From the NCBI RefSeq assembly GCF_009914755.1, contig NC_060925.1: a stretch of 64,000 nucleotides of DNA; one strand, written 5' to 3'. Position 1 is the stretch's first letter, and every line of letters begins with the position of its first letter. Both the position numbers and the translations under genes were made by a program. The notes under the pieces were generated by a model. That model made no database searches, was not told where the DNA came from, and was given only the letters and a program-made list of their open reading frames with translations. The stretch is from the human T2T-CHM13v2.0 reference genome, Homo sapiens. Below, in pieces: positions 20,792 through 46,530 of this stretch.

Positions 20792-21772
20792 CTACCATGT
20801 CTTAGCCTAGTACTTACTCTCTTACCTAGGCTTCAATAGGTACCTGAACTGATGTCCCTGCCTTCATTTATTATCTCTAAACAAAACTGCTTAAAATTGA
20901 CTATTGCCAGTGCTCATCTTATTTCACATAGGATAAAGTCTACATTTGTTAGTATTGAATACAAAGGCCTCTTCCCTCCTCTATAGCTACCCCTGCCCTT
21001 CAGTTCATAATCAGTTGAATACTAAAAACTTTTTGGATTGCATATTAACCAGTATGAAACATCTCTCACCTCCAAATGCTTATTCATTCTTAAGGAGCCA
21101 ACACAAATACATGCTATGAAATTTTCCCTATTTCTCCTAAAAATTAGTTCCTCTCTCCTCCTCAGGCCCGTAACATTTTTGTATATGTGCCTCTATTATA
21201 ATATATCATTATGAAAAAATTAAAATAATTACTTGTATTAAACATTATATTCATCATTTCAGTTTTGAAGCCTTCCAAATGAAGTATAAATATAGTTCTT
21301 GCTCTCCTCACAAATATTTTTTTGAAGTTTGTATTTTTTCAGGATCTTCAAATCTAAGTATAAAAAAAAGACCTTAGAAATCACTATGGTAGGAAAATAC
21401 ACTTGTTTTCTTTCTTAGCTCTTACAAAGAGATAAGTGTACCTAAATTCCACTGCAGAATGTTTAGAACTGAATGTAGAGCCTGAAGTACAGGCCTGTAT
21501 CACCAGTGTTTGCATAATTCAGTATCTGTAGTGGTTCTGTTAAGTCTGTTTCTTTAGCCTTAGAAATACAGGAATTAAAAAATGAAGTGCTTTTTGTTGG
21601 ATTAAAATAACATTTTATTACCAATATTTGCCATCTTGTATTCTTTTTCAAAATGTCAATTTTTAATCCTCATCCTTTACCTTTTGCATTTGAATGCATC
21701 ATGATGTTCATTGATGATCTAAAGATAATACTGGAATATTCAAATAAACTAGACTTCCTCTCAATATTTTAG

Positions 21773-21932
21773 AAAATCAGTGCAGATACTATTGGAGATG
21801 AAGGGTTCTTTGACTTATTAAGCCGATTTCAAAGCAATAGGATGGATGATCAGAGATGTTGCTTACAAGAAAAGAACTGCCATACAGCTTCAACAACAAC
21901 TTCTTCCACTCCCCCTAAAATGATGCTAAAAA
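21773..21932 (+). CDS. GPSM2: GPSM2 exon with GoLoco 1 (DEGFFDLLSRFQSNRMDDQR)
   Basis: ttttag acceptor, A|gtaagt donor; 160 nt; GoLoco DDQR signature. Confidence 0.97.
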
Positions 21933-22203
21933 GTAAGTCATCTCTGTTTCTCCCCCGATTTTAATAGTTCTCTTTGATATTCTTGTGGCTTATTTCTGAG
22001 AATTGAATTCCCATCATAAGAGATATAATAAATGAGCCTGAATTCAGGTATATCTGAAATGCTGTTATTTATACAGTTCAAACAAGGTTTTTTCAGTTCC
22101 CTTACGTATATCTGTGTTTTTAGTCCAATGTGCTTTCTACTAACTATATTATACTACCTCCCTAGTTTTCTTTGAAAAATCTGTTGTGGAAAATGTGACT
22201 GTG

Positions 22204-22702
<499 letters not shown>

Positions 22703-23355
22703 TAAAAATAAAAATGAGGAAGAAAGGTCGTTATACATACCTTATGATTATATATAAAACGTCAATGCTTCATATCTGGATTAAAAAAGAAAAACGAAGA
22801 CAGACTGAAGAGAAACATATGGCTAAGGCTGAGGCTAAGGCCTGGCTGAGTTAGAAAGGACTAAAATAGGTTACTTATATTTTTCTATTTCAGCTACCAA
22901 AAGACTTCTTGTACCATAGACCAAGACTTGCCAGCAGCACTTAACTGTTAGTTTACTAAATGATTTGTATCCAGGGCTTGGAATAAAAAACACTGTCCTA
23001 CACAACCTGGTCTGAGAAATTATGTAAGAAAAACAGTTTGTTCAATTTCTGAAATCTAGTCACATATCTTATAGTTACATTTTGAGTGAGCATTAAATAG
23101 AGAAATATAGTCAAATCTGAATAACGTCCAAGTGGGTCATCTGAAGTACTCTGGGGCTCATTCTTCCCTCCAGCCAATAAAAACCACACCCATCTAGCCA
23201 AAGCCCATCAGTGTCAGCGCTATAGCAGGAGGGCAGGGCGGGTCTTGGGACTGGCAAGGCCGAAAAGATCTAGGTATATAATAAATGTGCCTAGGTTTTT
23301 TTGTTTTTTGTTTTTTGTTTTTTTTTAATCTTTGGCTTTCTTCTTCTGTTCTTAG

Positions 23356-23570
23356 CATCATCTGTTCCTGTGGTATCCCCCAACACGGATGAGTTTTTAG
23401 ATCTTCTTGCCAGCTCACAGAGTCGCCGTCTGGATGACCAGAGGGCTAGTTTCAGTAATTTGCCAGGGCTTCGTCTAACACAAAACAGCCAGTCGGTACT
23501 TAGCCACCTGATGACTAATGACAACAAAGAGGCTGATGAAGATTTCTTTGACATCCTTGTAAAATGTCAA
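23356..23570 (+). CDS. GPSM2: GPSM2 exon with GoLoco 2 and the first half of GoLoco 3
   Basis: ttcttag acceptor, CAA|gtatgt donor; 215 nt; DEFLDLLASSQSRRLDDQR and DEDFFDILVKCQ (ORF track 23301..23639). Confidence 0.97.
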
Positions 23571-23689
23571 GTATGTCTGTATATTTTTTTCGTTCTGCAT
23601 ACAGCTCAGATACCACTGAAAACATTGGTAGTGTTATAATTCTCATTCAGGAAGGGCTTATTTTGTATTAGAGAGTTATTATTGTCCAT

Positions 23690-25700
23690 CATTCAGTAAA
23701 AAATTATTGAACACCGATTATGTTTCAGCTGCTATTCTAGGCATCGAGGACACACTTGATTTTTAAAGGATCTTACATTTTAGGAGAGACGTGTGTGTGT
23801 GTGTATATATATAGAGAGAGAGTATATGTGTGTTGTATTAGGTAATTATGCTTGCTATGAAGAACTTTAAAGGAGGATAAAGGGGTAGTGGGTAAGCAAA
23901 GGTGTTGGTGGTAGGGGGAGTGTCTGTTTTAGGTAGGGTGGTTAGAGAAGACCTTTCTGGATTGTCATTTGAACAGAGACCTGAATGCAGTGAAGCAGTC
24001 AGCCATGTGAGTATCTAGAGAAAGAGTATTCCATGCAGAGACAGCAAGTCCCCTCTTGGATATAAAAGCTTAGCCAGTTCAAGGAGTGGCAGATGTGACT
24101 GGCATGGGATGAGTAGGGGAAGGGAAGAGTTGTACAAAATGAGGATGGAGAAGTAATCAGGGCCTAGATCATCTAGGCTTTTGGAGGCCATGATAAAGTC
24201 GTGTTTTAGATGTATTAGGAAGGTACTGGGAGTGTCCTCAAAGAGGATCCTGGCTACTGATGGAAGAACGTAGAGTGGCAAGGGTGTTAGTATGAAAACC
24301 AGCTAGAAAGATTGTATGGTGATGCAGGCAAAAAATATTGGTGATATGGACTAGAGTGGTAACAGTGAGAAGTAGTTAGCATAGGGCTACATTATTAGCT
24401 ATTATATCAGTTATATATTATGGTTAGTTGGCAGGACCTCTTAATAAATTGAGTAGAGGGTTTCAGGGAAAGAGAATCAAGGATGACTTATACCTTGAAT
24501 AACTGGGAAATGAATGGTTCTATTCACTGAAATGGAGATGACTAGAAGAAAAGCAAGTTTGGAGAGAAAAAGCAAGAGTTCTGTTTTAGACATGTTAAAT
24601 TTGGTAAACTGTTAGCCAGTTCAAGGAATGGCAAGTGTGACTGGTATAGACAATGAAGTAGAGGTGTTAAATAGGCAATTTGATGTAAAATCTGGAGCCC
24701 AAGGGAGAAGTAAATTTGGGAGACATCAGCTTATAGCTGGTATTAAAGCCCTGGGAAGAAAGTACCTAAAGAATAGGACAGGAAGACTAAGCCCTGAGCA
24801 TTTCAAAATCTACTGGTTAGATGGAGGAAGATGAGCTGGCAAAGAAGCAACAGCCAGAGAGTTGGAAGGATACCCCAAGGGTGGGCTGGGGAGGGGTGGG
24901 GTGTGGTGTGGTGGAAATCAAGTAAAGAGTGTATCTTAAGCAGTGCTCAACTGTGGCAAATGTTGCTAAGAACCTGAGTCAGATGATGACGGAACTACTA
25001 GATTTGATAACATGGAGATTATGAATAATTTTGAAAGATACTGTTCCAGTGGCATGGTGGGGACAAAGGATTGAGTGGGGTGAGAAAATGGGAAGTGTGA
25101 AAGGGGAGATAGTAAATATAGAAACTTTAATGGGTTAAATGGACCATTAGCTAGAAAATAAATACAAGGCAAATGTGGGGTTTTTTTTTTTCTTTTTGGG
25201 GGTGAAAACGTAGTTTATCTACAGATGGAAATGGTCAAGTAGAGAAGAGTCAGTGATGTAGGTAAGTCTGGGGTAACTGAAGAACACAGTTTTTGTGTAG
25301 GTGAGAGAGGGAAAGCAGAGTACGGATTTGGAGATGGGAGCAAGTAGGAATTCTCTCGGGCTGCTTTTATTTTCTCACCAAAGAAAGAAGTAGTCATCAG
25401 TTAAGATTGGAGTTGGGGAGCACTATAAATTTGAAGAGAAAGGAAGTGGGAAATAGTTGACTTAGAGAAACTGAAACTAGGGGGAAAGTATTAAGAACAC
25501 TGTGCTGTGCTAAGAACCCACCTGAGGTTCAGTCACTGGAAGTAAAACTAGTGAGTGGAATTGTGTATTTTATCCAGTCATGGCCAGCTGCTTGAGGCAC
25601 AGAGATAAATCAAGACTGCTATTTTTCCAGGAGAATGGGATTCAGGGGAGAGAATGGTAGTTGAAGACATGTGCCAGGAAGTGATTTTAATAATGGACTT
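23690..25700. mobile_element. Degraded L2 LINE
   Basis: cattcagtaaaaattattgaacacc; tttgaacagagacctgaatg; gagttctgttttagacatgttaaattt. Confidence 0.7.
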
Positions 25701-25719
25701 AAGAATCTAGGCTGTAAGA

Positions 25720-27620
<1,901 letters not shown>

Positions 27621-28049
27621 AACAAGAGGCTAGAATATGACCATGGGAGCCAAATGGCTAAGGCCGAAGTGAAGGATGAGGACATTCAATCAGAGGAAGT
27701 CTAGGAACTAAGTGAGGAAGTCTAGGAACTAAGTGCCCAAGTGTTGGGTTAATTGGAGGACATTGAAATTATCAATTTATGACAGGAGAAATGAATGAGC
27801 CAGGTATGTGTGGAGGTGGCACTCACTTAGGAGGGCAGTAAATAACTGCACCCTCTGAGGGTTGTGGGCTTAAATGTTCAGGGATCTATGTCTTATCACA
27901 GTCCCTAACAATGTAGTGCATATTCAAATATCAGCTATCACACTTCTATTCTTACTCTTGAGCTACAATGCCAGAAACTATGGTGTATACTTGTAAGTGC
28001 ATGTATTTTTTGACAAGTAGCATGTCTAATATAAGAATCATAATACTCA

Positions 28050-28362
<313 letters not shown>

Positions 28363-28403
28363 ATTCATTCTGGGCTATTTCTTAACAGATTTAACAGCCT
28401 AAG

Positions 28404-28611
28404 ACAGAGGCAGGCAAACTTTTTCTGTAAAAGGCCAGATAGAAAATATTTTAGGCTTTGCCGCCCATATGGTATCTATTGCAACTGCCCAACTCTGCCA
28501 TTTAGTAGGGAAGCAGCCATATAGATAGTATATAAACATATGTATTGATGGGAAAATGAAAATGACTTCATTTACAGAAGCCGGCACTGGGTTACAGTTT
28601 GCTGTCCCCTA
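28404..28611. mobile_element. MER58A-like hAT-Charlie element
   Basis: ggcaaactttttctgtaaaaggccagatag...agtttgctgtcccct. Confidence 0.8.
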
Positions 28612-29056
28612 GCCTAAGACGTGATTTTTTTAAGGTAGTTCCTCATGGGGTTTGTACATATTTCTAAAGATTTGTTAAGTTACACAGTTGATGCCTGTTA
28701 GATTATAACCTTGAACTGTCATACTTAGATACAGTTGACCTTGTCTTTTATCCTTGTGACCAATTATAATTAAAACAGTATGACTTAACATAATGCACGT
28801 ACTAAACCAATGAAGCAGCTATACCTATATAAGCCATTTTAAAGGAAAAATTTTATGCAGTTTCAGGTTTAAAGATTATTTCTTTCAGAAATCAGGCTGG
28901 GAACTAAAGAGAACAATATAAAAACAAAGATTAATTTCTGAGAAGCCCCAAATAAAAGTTTACAACTGCGTTTTCTTGTTGTGACTGAGAGATTTAACAT
29001 AGCTTGGTGCTTTCTTTCCCACAGTATGTCTTTTAATCTCTCTCATAAACTTCTAG

Positions 29057-29296
29057 GGATCCAGATTAGATGATCAAAGATGTGCTCCACCACCTGCTAC
29101 CACAAAGGGTCCGACAGTACCAGATGAAGACTTTTTCAGCCTTATTTTACGGTCCCAGGGAAAGAGAATGGATGAACAGAGAGTTCTTTTACAAAGAGAT
29201 CAAAACAGAGACACTGACTTTGGGCTAAAGGACTTTTTGCAAAATAATGCTTTGTTGGAGTTTAAAAATTCAGGGAAAAAATCGGCAGACCATTAG
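29057..29296 (+). CDS. GPSM2: GPSM2 terminal coding segment (end of GoLoco 3, GoLoco 4, ...GKKSADH*)
   Basis: ttctag acceptor; GSRLDDQR...DEDFFSLILRSQGKRMDEQR; TAG at 29294-29296. Confidence 0.97.
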   Translation, partial: GSRLDDQRCAPPPATTKGPTVPDEDFFSLILRSQGKRMDEQRVLLQRDQNRDTDFGLKDFLQNNALLEFKNSGKKSADH

Positions 29297-29824
29297 TTAC
29301 TATGGATTTATTTTTTTTCCTTTCAAACACGGTAAGGAAACAATCTATTACTTTTTTCCTTAAAAGGAGAATTTATAGCACTGTAATACAGCTTAAAATA
29401 TTTTTAGAATGATGTAAATAGTTAACCTTCAGTAGTCTATTAAGGCATTAATACTTCTCTGGACATGCGCGTTTGAGGGTGGAGGGGTCCTGTAAGGTGC
29501 TTCATCGTCTGTGATTACTGCTTGGGATGTGTTCTTTGGCAGCTTGTGAGATTACTTTACCTAGTGTTTATAAAGTAGGAAGTTAAGTGAATCATAGATT
29601 AGAATTTAATACTCTTATGGAAATAATTTTTTAACATCTTAATTGACAATGGCGTTTTTTTATACATAACCATGGATGTAGTGGGAAACAATGTTGTTTG
29701 GTAAAAATAATGTACTTGATCAATGTAAAAAAGTATATAAAATAGTCTTACTAAAAATCTAGGTTTTTTTTTCCTCCATGAAAATCTGTTTTTTTAGGCC
29801 AAAGTCAGTATAAAAGAAACTCTA

Positions 29825-32506
<2,682 letters not shown>

Positions 32507-34025
32507 TAAAATTACATTGTTACAGGCACGTAAGTAACACTTCCTGGATCCAAAAATGTGTATTCTGCATTTCAACAACTGAACTTAAGCGATCATCCTC
32601 CCTCAACCTTCCAAAGTGCTAGGACTGTAGGCATGAGCCACTGCACCTGGCCTAAAATTACATTGTTACAGGCACGTAAGTAACACTTCCTGGATCCAAA
32701 AATGTGTATTCTGCATTTCAACAACTGAACTTAAGCGATCATCCTCCCTCAACCTTCCAAAGTGCTAGGACTGTAGGCATGAGCCACTGCACCTGGCCTA
32801 AAATTACATTGTTACAGGCACGTAAGTAACACTTCCTGGATCCAAAAATGTGTATTCTGCATTTCATATTAAAATAAAAAAGCAAGTGCTTGGGATACAA
32901 ATATCTGCATGAAAATTTAAAGACTTTATTCCTGACTGGTATCACTTTTAGTAAGCAGTTGAACATAACTTGTAGTGTGAATATGGTTAAAACAAAGGAC
33001 ACCTGATGTCTGTGAAGTCTGCTAAGGACAGGTACAAAATTTATGCATTGCTTTTTAAAAAGTTTAAAATGAGGAATGCTTTTGATAATCAGAAAGACTA
33101 ATGTAAAGTGCTGACTGATGTCCTGTCTGCAGTTAAGGAAGACACCCAACTCTCTTCTTCCTCATCATGGTATTCTCTATGTATAGATCTCTAAAAATGC
33201 AAACTTCCTATGGACAAGACAATATGATTTGCTATAATATGAATTAAGATATGGTAATATCTAATAGTCTCCACTGCTAGGATTCTGAGTAACACAAAAA
33301 ATAGGTTTTATAAAAAGCCCATGCACTTCAATTGGTGGGGGAAAAGAATAAAGTCATTTTCAGTCGACTGACTCTGTAAAACAGATTACCAATATAACAA
33401 GCTATGTTATCTAAATTGCCCTGGCAGTCTTCAGTTTTCTCTAAGTAAACAAAGTAAAAGGAACAATAAGGATGCAGGCGTAGTAATAGCTGTGGAAAAG
33501 ATGAAACTACAGCCACAGTGACCTGTGGGCAGCCTGCGTAGAGATAAGCTGAGGTGTCAGTCAGACTGATCCTGGTAACGATACTCCATGGCTGCATGAA
33601 GATGCTGGAGGCATCAAGTGGGTGGCCTTAACTCTAGTGGATTCACTAGGCAATGTAAATTGGTTAGTGGGTTCCCGTAAGTGCCTGTAACAATAAAATT
33701 TCTTTTTCAATGTCCCCAATTCAAACTGGCCTCCTTAACTATCCAGAATCAGTGATGCCTGTCATCTGTTCATCTTAAAATAAACACTTCTTACTTTATG
33801 GGATGTAAATATCAAAGAGAAGATGAAATGAAAAGCTTTTACATATATAACGTGTTTGTTAATTCTAATTGTCAGTAAAAATGTGAATGTTGAAGTTGAA
33901 ATGTGAATGTTGAAGTTGGCACCTTTGTAGTAATCAGAATTCTTGCAGAGAAGAGAAAGAGAGTGAAGAGTATACTTTACAAAGCTCGAAGGAGACTTGA
34001 GGCTGTCGTTTGTGCTGGTGTTCCT

Positions 34026-34298
<273 letters not shown>

Positions 34299-34841
34299 CT
34301 ATAAAGTACAAAATTACATTTTAACTGTTTAATGTAATGTGAAGTCTTAGTAATCAAACATATCTAAAAAGTTCCCACCCAAATCCGTTGTAGCAAGCTC
34401 CAAACTCTTTCAAATCCAGGGTCCAGTGCTGGGTTATAATTATATAAATGTTATTATACCTCACCAAACTCCACAGTACTCCCACAGAGGAGTGGGAACG
34501 CTTAGCGCATATACTGGGTGGTCTAGTGGCCCAGCTTAGAAGGGGTCAAGAGAATTGGTCATCAGTATTGTCAACTTCTCTTGCCTGGTGAGAATAATTC
34601 ATTTGACAAATATTTCTTGAGCATATATTAAGTTCTAGGTGTTAGGGATACAGCAGGAACAAAATACATAAAACTGTTCTCACTGGAACTTATATTTAGG
34701 TTAGAAGAAAATCACACAAGTGTGATATGTTGAATTAAAGAGGCTATGTAAAAAAAGCAGAGAAGAGATGAGTGCTGAATGTGGGTGGGCTGGCAGGGTC
34801 AAATTACAGTTTAAATTAGGGTGGTCTGAAAAAGTGATATG

Positions 34842-35750
<909 letters not shown>

Positions 35751-36279
35751 CATCTTTCTAGATACATGTAGATATGTTTATTTTTATATGAAACTATGGG
35801 AAGGGATTCTATAATTTCCCAGATTCTATTATGCTCATAACTGTTTCAAAGGTTTAACAGCTGCAATTTAAACATTTCAAATGACAATACAAATTCCTCT
35901 CTCAAACAGAAATGGAAATGTCCCTTTAAAAGACTGATAATGGTGAAAAACTTCTTCTTACCATTCTACAGGTAAAAAGTATAGTCTAGCCAGCCAATGA
36001 CACTGAAGATTTGGGGAAGCAATGTTTTTGATCCCTGGCCCCAGCCCACTCTTCCATCCAGCTAATCCTTTAGGGCTCTACTGTACCTTCCCTAGAGCTC
36101 CGGGCCTTCAGTGATGCCTTCTCTCTGATCTCTTCAAAGATAGAAATTTCTGTCATGCTCATACGCTGGCTTCCCATGAAGGTTCATATGAATTACCATC
36201 TGCTCTAACAAACTACTGTTAAATTGTATTTTACATAAAAGTTAAATCTAATTTTATTTCTTCTGAGGAAGCTGAACTA

Positions 36280-36807
<528 letters not shown>

Positions 36808-38538
36808 TCAATGGCTAACTTACAAAAGTTATGAGGCATTTTATTCAGAGTGCTAACAAAGTTATGTAATTTAACTTACTTGTGGCATTTATAGACATAA
36901 ACATGTTAATTTGACTTTTTTTCATTAGAGACCTCTTTAGATTAATACAAGGCCAGAGTGGCCAATAAAACTTAATAAATCTTTCAGTAGACATTTTAAT
37001 CAGCTAGACACATTTCGATTGAACTATAACAATGGCAGGCTGAAGCCTAGATATTTAAATTAGAAGGTTCTAGTCTGATAATTATTCATGTTTCTAGATT
37101 CATGCCCATCATATAAGGTAAATGCTGAAAATATTTAAAGTTGTATATCATTATGTAAACAATCTTCTGTACATTTTCTTTTTACAAATATAAACTAGGC
37201 TTAAGTTACAGCTAAAATTCAACAGGTTTTGATTCACATTCCATGGGAAAAAGTAGGCAGCAGTTCCTTACAGTGTGGCCCAGGGACCCCCGGGGGATAC
37301 CTGAGACTTTCAGGAGATCTATGAGATCAAAACTTTTCATAATACAAAGACATTATTATTTGTCTTTTTCACTGTCCCCTCCTGAATATACAACGGAGCA
37401 TTCCAGATGCTAGAGTGACAGCCTCACTCAGACTCAGGGGATGCATGCTTGCGTGTACAGTACTCGTATGTTTTAAATTTGTTTTAACTCCTAATATGTA
37501 AGTATCAATAAATATAATCACCTTAAGTAAGAGCTGTTTGTGGGCTTCAATTTTTAAGACTGCAAAGAGGTCCTGAGAACAGAAACTTTGAAAATTTCTG
37601 TACTAGTTTTTCAAACACTACTATTTGAAGACAAAAGCAGCAAAAGTCAAAGAGCATAACTTTCCTGAGGGAGCACATGAAACAAAAACAGATGGTGAAG
37701 ACTCTGCTGATAATTTCAGTTTCAGAGACTAAACTATGACTATAGAACTAATGTCACCTAACAAAAAAATACCCGTCAACCACATAATCCTGTAATCACA
37801 AGCCAAAAAACAAAACCAAAAAAGAAACGATTTCAAAGTGAACAGAGATAGTGAATCTTGTATCCTTAGGGAAGAGAATTTCCCTTGGCACATCTGAGTT
37901 CTTTTTGTTTTATGCGACAACTGCTTTACTTGGGTAATAGCTAAAAAATCGATAACAAAAAACACTGAATAGACCATGGAGGGATGACGAGTAATATTTC
38001 TTCTTAATGTCTGCTCCTGGATCCCCAAACTCTTTCTCAGCATACCCATGTTCTTCCACATCCCTTTCTGGTTCTGTGTCAAACTCAATGCTCTACCCTT
38101 CTCACTGCTGCAAAAACTGACTAGAAATAAGAAGTCCCCCTTTCTGGGAGACAGAAATCAACTTCCTATTTCCTGTGTATTAATTTACCAAGGTTAACAC
38201 ATTTAAAAAGAGGTTATTATTCTAAATCACTGCTATGACATATGCAATCAAACTAGAGAACTACTTTCTTGATTATAAAAATATACAAGTAAGTATAATA
38301 TGTCTGTATCATTTAGAGGGGCAGAGGGGAGGAAAAAAATCTGTATCACTTAAAAATCGCCTTCTCATTAAGCGTGACTTAGCCTGATTTACAACATCAA
38401 AGAAGCCCAATAATTTTAGCATTGCCTTTTTTTCTGTAAATCTTGCTAAATATTGACAGTGCTAATATTTAATACTAACCAGTATTACTAATATTAATAC
38501 TAAGATTTAATATAAATCTTGCTAAATACTGACAGTGC

Positions 38539-39138
<600 letters not shown>

Positions 39139-39397
39139 CTAAAACGAGAGAAAAGCAACTTAATTTTCTCCTCACAGGACTAAGGTACAGAATGCATCAA
39201 AATTCATTGAGTACTGATGCTGAAAGTATGTTACATAAATTAAAATGCTGTTGTGCCATTTTTAATGTGAAAATCACTGTGCAAAAGTATTTTTTCTTGG
39301 ACAAACGCTTATTAGCAAAATGACTCAAACACTAAAGTTCTTTAAAATACAAGGGATTTCTGACTGACTTTAAGTAATTTTTACAAAATATATGCTA

Positions 39398-39502
<105 letters not shown>

Positions 39503-40760
39503 TTAGAGAAACAGACAAAACACTGATCATTTCTTTTAATGTTGCATTTCATTCCCAAACAAGACATTACTTTGGTTTTGACCCTCCCTGACCACCCACC
39601 AATGAGTTTTAAATTATCTTAAGTTTTAAGTAGACTCCCTGTAATGCTGATTTTTAAATTTTTCATCTTATGTCCAAAATCATGTTTTAAAAATCCATTC
39701 AAATTATACATGTTTTATGCAGATAAAAAATTGTATTTTATAAAAATGTCTAAAAGGTAAACACTTTAAAAGCAATGCTTCACAAACACAAATGAGTACA
39801 GGTAAAATGGGAAGTCGAAATAAGACTGGTGGATTGTATCAAAGTCAATATCCTGGCTCTGATATTGTACTATTAAAGCTGTGCAAGATGTCACCACTGG
39901 AGGAAAATGGGGAAAGGGTACACGGGCTCTCTCTGTAGTATTTCTTACTGTGTGAATCCACAATTACCTCAGTAAATTTTTAATTTAAAAAGTCAGTTCT
40001 TTATGGAGTTTACAAAATAAAGTGGAATATTAGTTCTAATTTTTCCAAATCAGGCTTATATACGTTGGGAAACTAGCCTGAGCTAGAGGAGGCATTTCAC
40101 TGTCCACTGAAGCCAGGAAGGAAGGCTGAATTGGTTTAGTTCCCACAACTTTTTAAGAAACATTTATTTTGGATTCCATCTGCAGAATTCCGTGTCAGTC
40201 ATGGACTTGCATTTATAAAATGCCTTGGAACATTATTAAACCATCCCCATTGCTAGATACATACAACCAAAGGTAGTGAACATTCATGAGAATGTTTATA
40301 AAATGTGAAAGAATAAAAAAACTAATTTTTCCCGTAGTTAAAAAAAAGTAAAGCTACAACATAAAATTTCACAAGTCAATATAAGGCCATTAAATTTAAG
40401 ATGGATATTAATTCATATATACATTCATTCACTTGTTTAATAAACTTCTATTGAGAATATGCCAGACCCTGTGCAAAGAACGAGATGAACAAAAGCGAGC
40501 ATAGGATCCTTCACACAGTCTTATGAAGGAAGACAGATAATATCAGAGCCAACATATATACAACTTCTATTCCTTCCCTGTGACTTTAGATGAGCATAAA
40601 AAGTCACTGGTTTTAAACCTAAAATGCTTCTTGCATGTTCTTCTGATATTAAAGATTCAGTCATGGAAAGCCTCCTGTTATTTTATCATTCTCTTTGTTC
40701 TATGTTCTTTCATTCTCAGAATTTCTATTCAAAATAAGGACAAGTGCACAAACACCTTAC

Positions 40761-40854
40761 CCCAGATACTTCCAGTCCAGTCCATCTTTTTGGCACACAC
40801 ATTGTTTAATGGCTCCATCTTGGCGACTTCAGCCTGATGCTGTGCAAAAGCTAG
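40761..40854 (-). CDS. CLCC1: CLCC1 coding exon ([31 protein letters not shown])
   Basis: cag acceptor, G|gtaagg donor; 94 nt. Confidence 0.94.
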
Positions 40855-40905
40855 CTGCCCAACACCAAAAGGGAACCAGGAGAGGCCGTTACCTATGAAG
40901 GTTAG

Positions 40906-41310
<405 letters not shown>

Positions 41311-42800
41311 TAGCTATTTCCAGTTCATGGAAAAGTACAGCCTTAATGCAACAAGTAAGCATAAAGTACTAACTACAATTGCCTTCTCTGTAAGTAATTA
41401 TAATGAAAAAGGGAAACTTTACTAAAAATATTGTTTTTAAAAATTAGTTCAGCCAGGCGTGATAGCACGGGCCTGTAGTCCCAGATAGGAGGCTGAGGCA
41501 AGAGAATCGCTTGAACCCGGGAGGTGGAGGTTGCATTGAGCCGAGATTTCACTACTGCACTCCAGCCTGGGGGACAGAGTGAGACTGTCTCAAAAACAAC
41601 AGCAACAACAACAACAATTAGTTCTAGCCATACAAATTAAATGACTACTTCTTATTTTCTTTTATAGTTGATGATATCCTATTTTGCACTGGATAATTTC
41701 CAGTACAATGACCAATATACAATCATTAAGGTGACAATACTCAAGCAACTTTCCTTCCACACAGAATCTGTGTTTAATTTGTAAATAATTAGTTCTAAAT
41801 ACTATAATACTTACAGCAAAAGGTTAAGGAAATGTCACAATGCTTTAACCAGATGAAATCATTGAAAATACTTGGCTACTTGACTCACTCTGCTAGAAAG
41901 ATCTAAAATTTTCTTTCAATGATTATTATTTATGCTATGTTGATGGGAACAGTAGTGGTCCTTTCCAATTTCTATATACAGTATGATCCCAACTTTGAAA
42001 GATAATTAAAATCTAGAAAAATCTAGAAAGAAATACCTTAAACTACTGACAGATTTTCTCTAGGTGATAAAATTATAGGTTATTTTAAAAATTAATTTCC
42101 TTGTATCTGCCTTTTCTAAATTCTCTGCCATGAATATACCACTTATTCAAAAAATAACCTAATTTTTAAAAAATAATATTTTGGTATCATTTCTAGCAAA
42201 GACATAGAATGACATACTCTAAATTACCTACATGATAATTTTTAAATGTATCCACATAGCTTTATTCTTTTTTTTTTCTTCCTTGTTTTTGAGACAGACC
42301 TCACTCTGTGGTCCAGGCTGGAGTGCAGCAGCGCAATCTTGGCTCACTGCAACCTCTCAGGTTCAAGCAATTCTCCTGCCTCAGCCTGCTGAGTAGCTGG
42401 GACTACAGGTGCACGTCACCAGGCCCAGCTAATTTTTGTATTTTTAGTAGAGACAGGGTTTCACCATGTTGGCCAGGCTAGTCTTGACCTCCTGACCAAG
42501 TGATCTGCCCACCTCAGCCTCCCAAAATGCTGGGATTACAGGCATGAGCCACCACACCCAACCCACCTGGCTTTATTCTGACTTAGATGCCCAAATGTTA
42601 ACATTAACTGGGTTATGAAAATTAGGACTGAACTTTTTTACCCACTAACTGGTCAAGGAATCAAAAAACTGTCAGCTAAGAAGTGTCCATTTAATTCCTC
42701 TCCAGCGTGGGCCACCTCTAATCACTGCCTCCAACCCACATCCAAGGCAAGATTGCTCTCAATGGATTAGAGTCTTCTTTCATTGTGAATAAATGTGTTA

Positions 42801-43097
<297 letters not shown>

Positions 43098-43146
43098 CTA
43101 GTACAGGTTCTTAACGTAATTATGGTGGAGTTTGGAAAGTATTTTA

Positions 43147-43413
<267 letters not shown>

Positions 43414-43957
43414 CTAAATTAAATTTACCAAAAAACAAACAATAGAAAGAGAATTTTATTACTACTTGGTGAACCATTTTAAGACAAAAGCCAATTTGGA
43501 ACTAAATATTAGTTTGCAGTATTTCATATGTATAAGAATAATAGCCTGGGCAAGGTAGCTCACACCTATAATCCTAGTGCTTTGACAGGCCAAGGTGGGA
43601 GGATAGCTTGAAGCCAGGACTTCAAGACCAGCCTGGGCAACAAAGCGAGACCCCATCTCTACAAAAAATTCTAACCATTAGCTGTGTGCAGTGGTGTGCA
43701 CCTGGCTCCTGCCTACTCAGCAGGCTGAGGCAGAAGAATTGTCTGTGCCCCGGATTCGAGGCTGCAGTAAGCTATGAGCATACCACTGCACTCCAGCATG
43801 GGAGACAGAGTAAGACCCTGTCTCTAAAAAAAAAAAATAATAATAATATCCACCTGTCTTCACAGGCCAACATGAAAACCAAAGATAATATACATGAAAA
43901 ACATTTAAAAATTCTAGAACTCTATGTAAAAAAGATACTGTAAATTTCACTAAAATA

Positions 43958-44976
<1,019 letters not shown>

Positions 44977-45235
44977 TGCATCTTCATTTTATGATTCACT
45001 GCATGACTTTTCATTTCCTGACAGTTTTCAGATAGCCTAAAATCTGTATTAGTGCAAACAAGAAAAACAAGAAGGATCTCAAAGAGCAACAAAATAATGG
45101 GTTTCCATAAATTACATATTTATAACTACCTTTATTAGTGTGAGTTCAGCTTAGCAAAATCACTAAACAAATTTTGCATTAATTAGCCAGTTGATACAAA
45201 TAAAATTCCTTTTTCTTTTATAAACAGTAAATACA

Positions 45236-46530
<1,295 letters not shown>

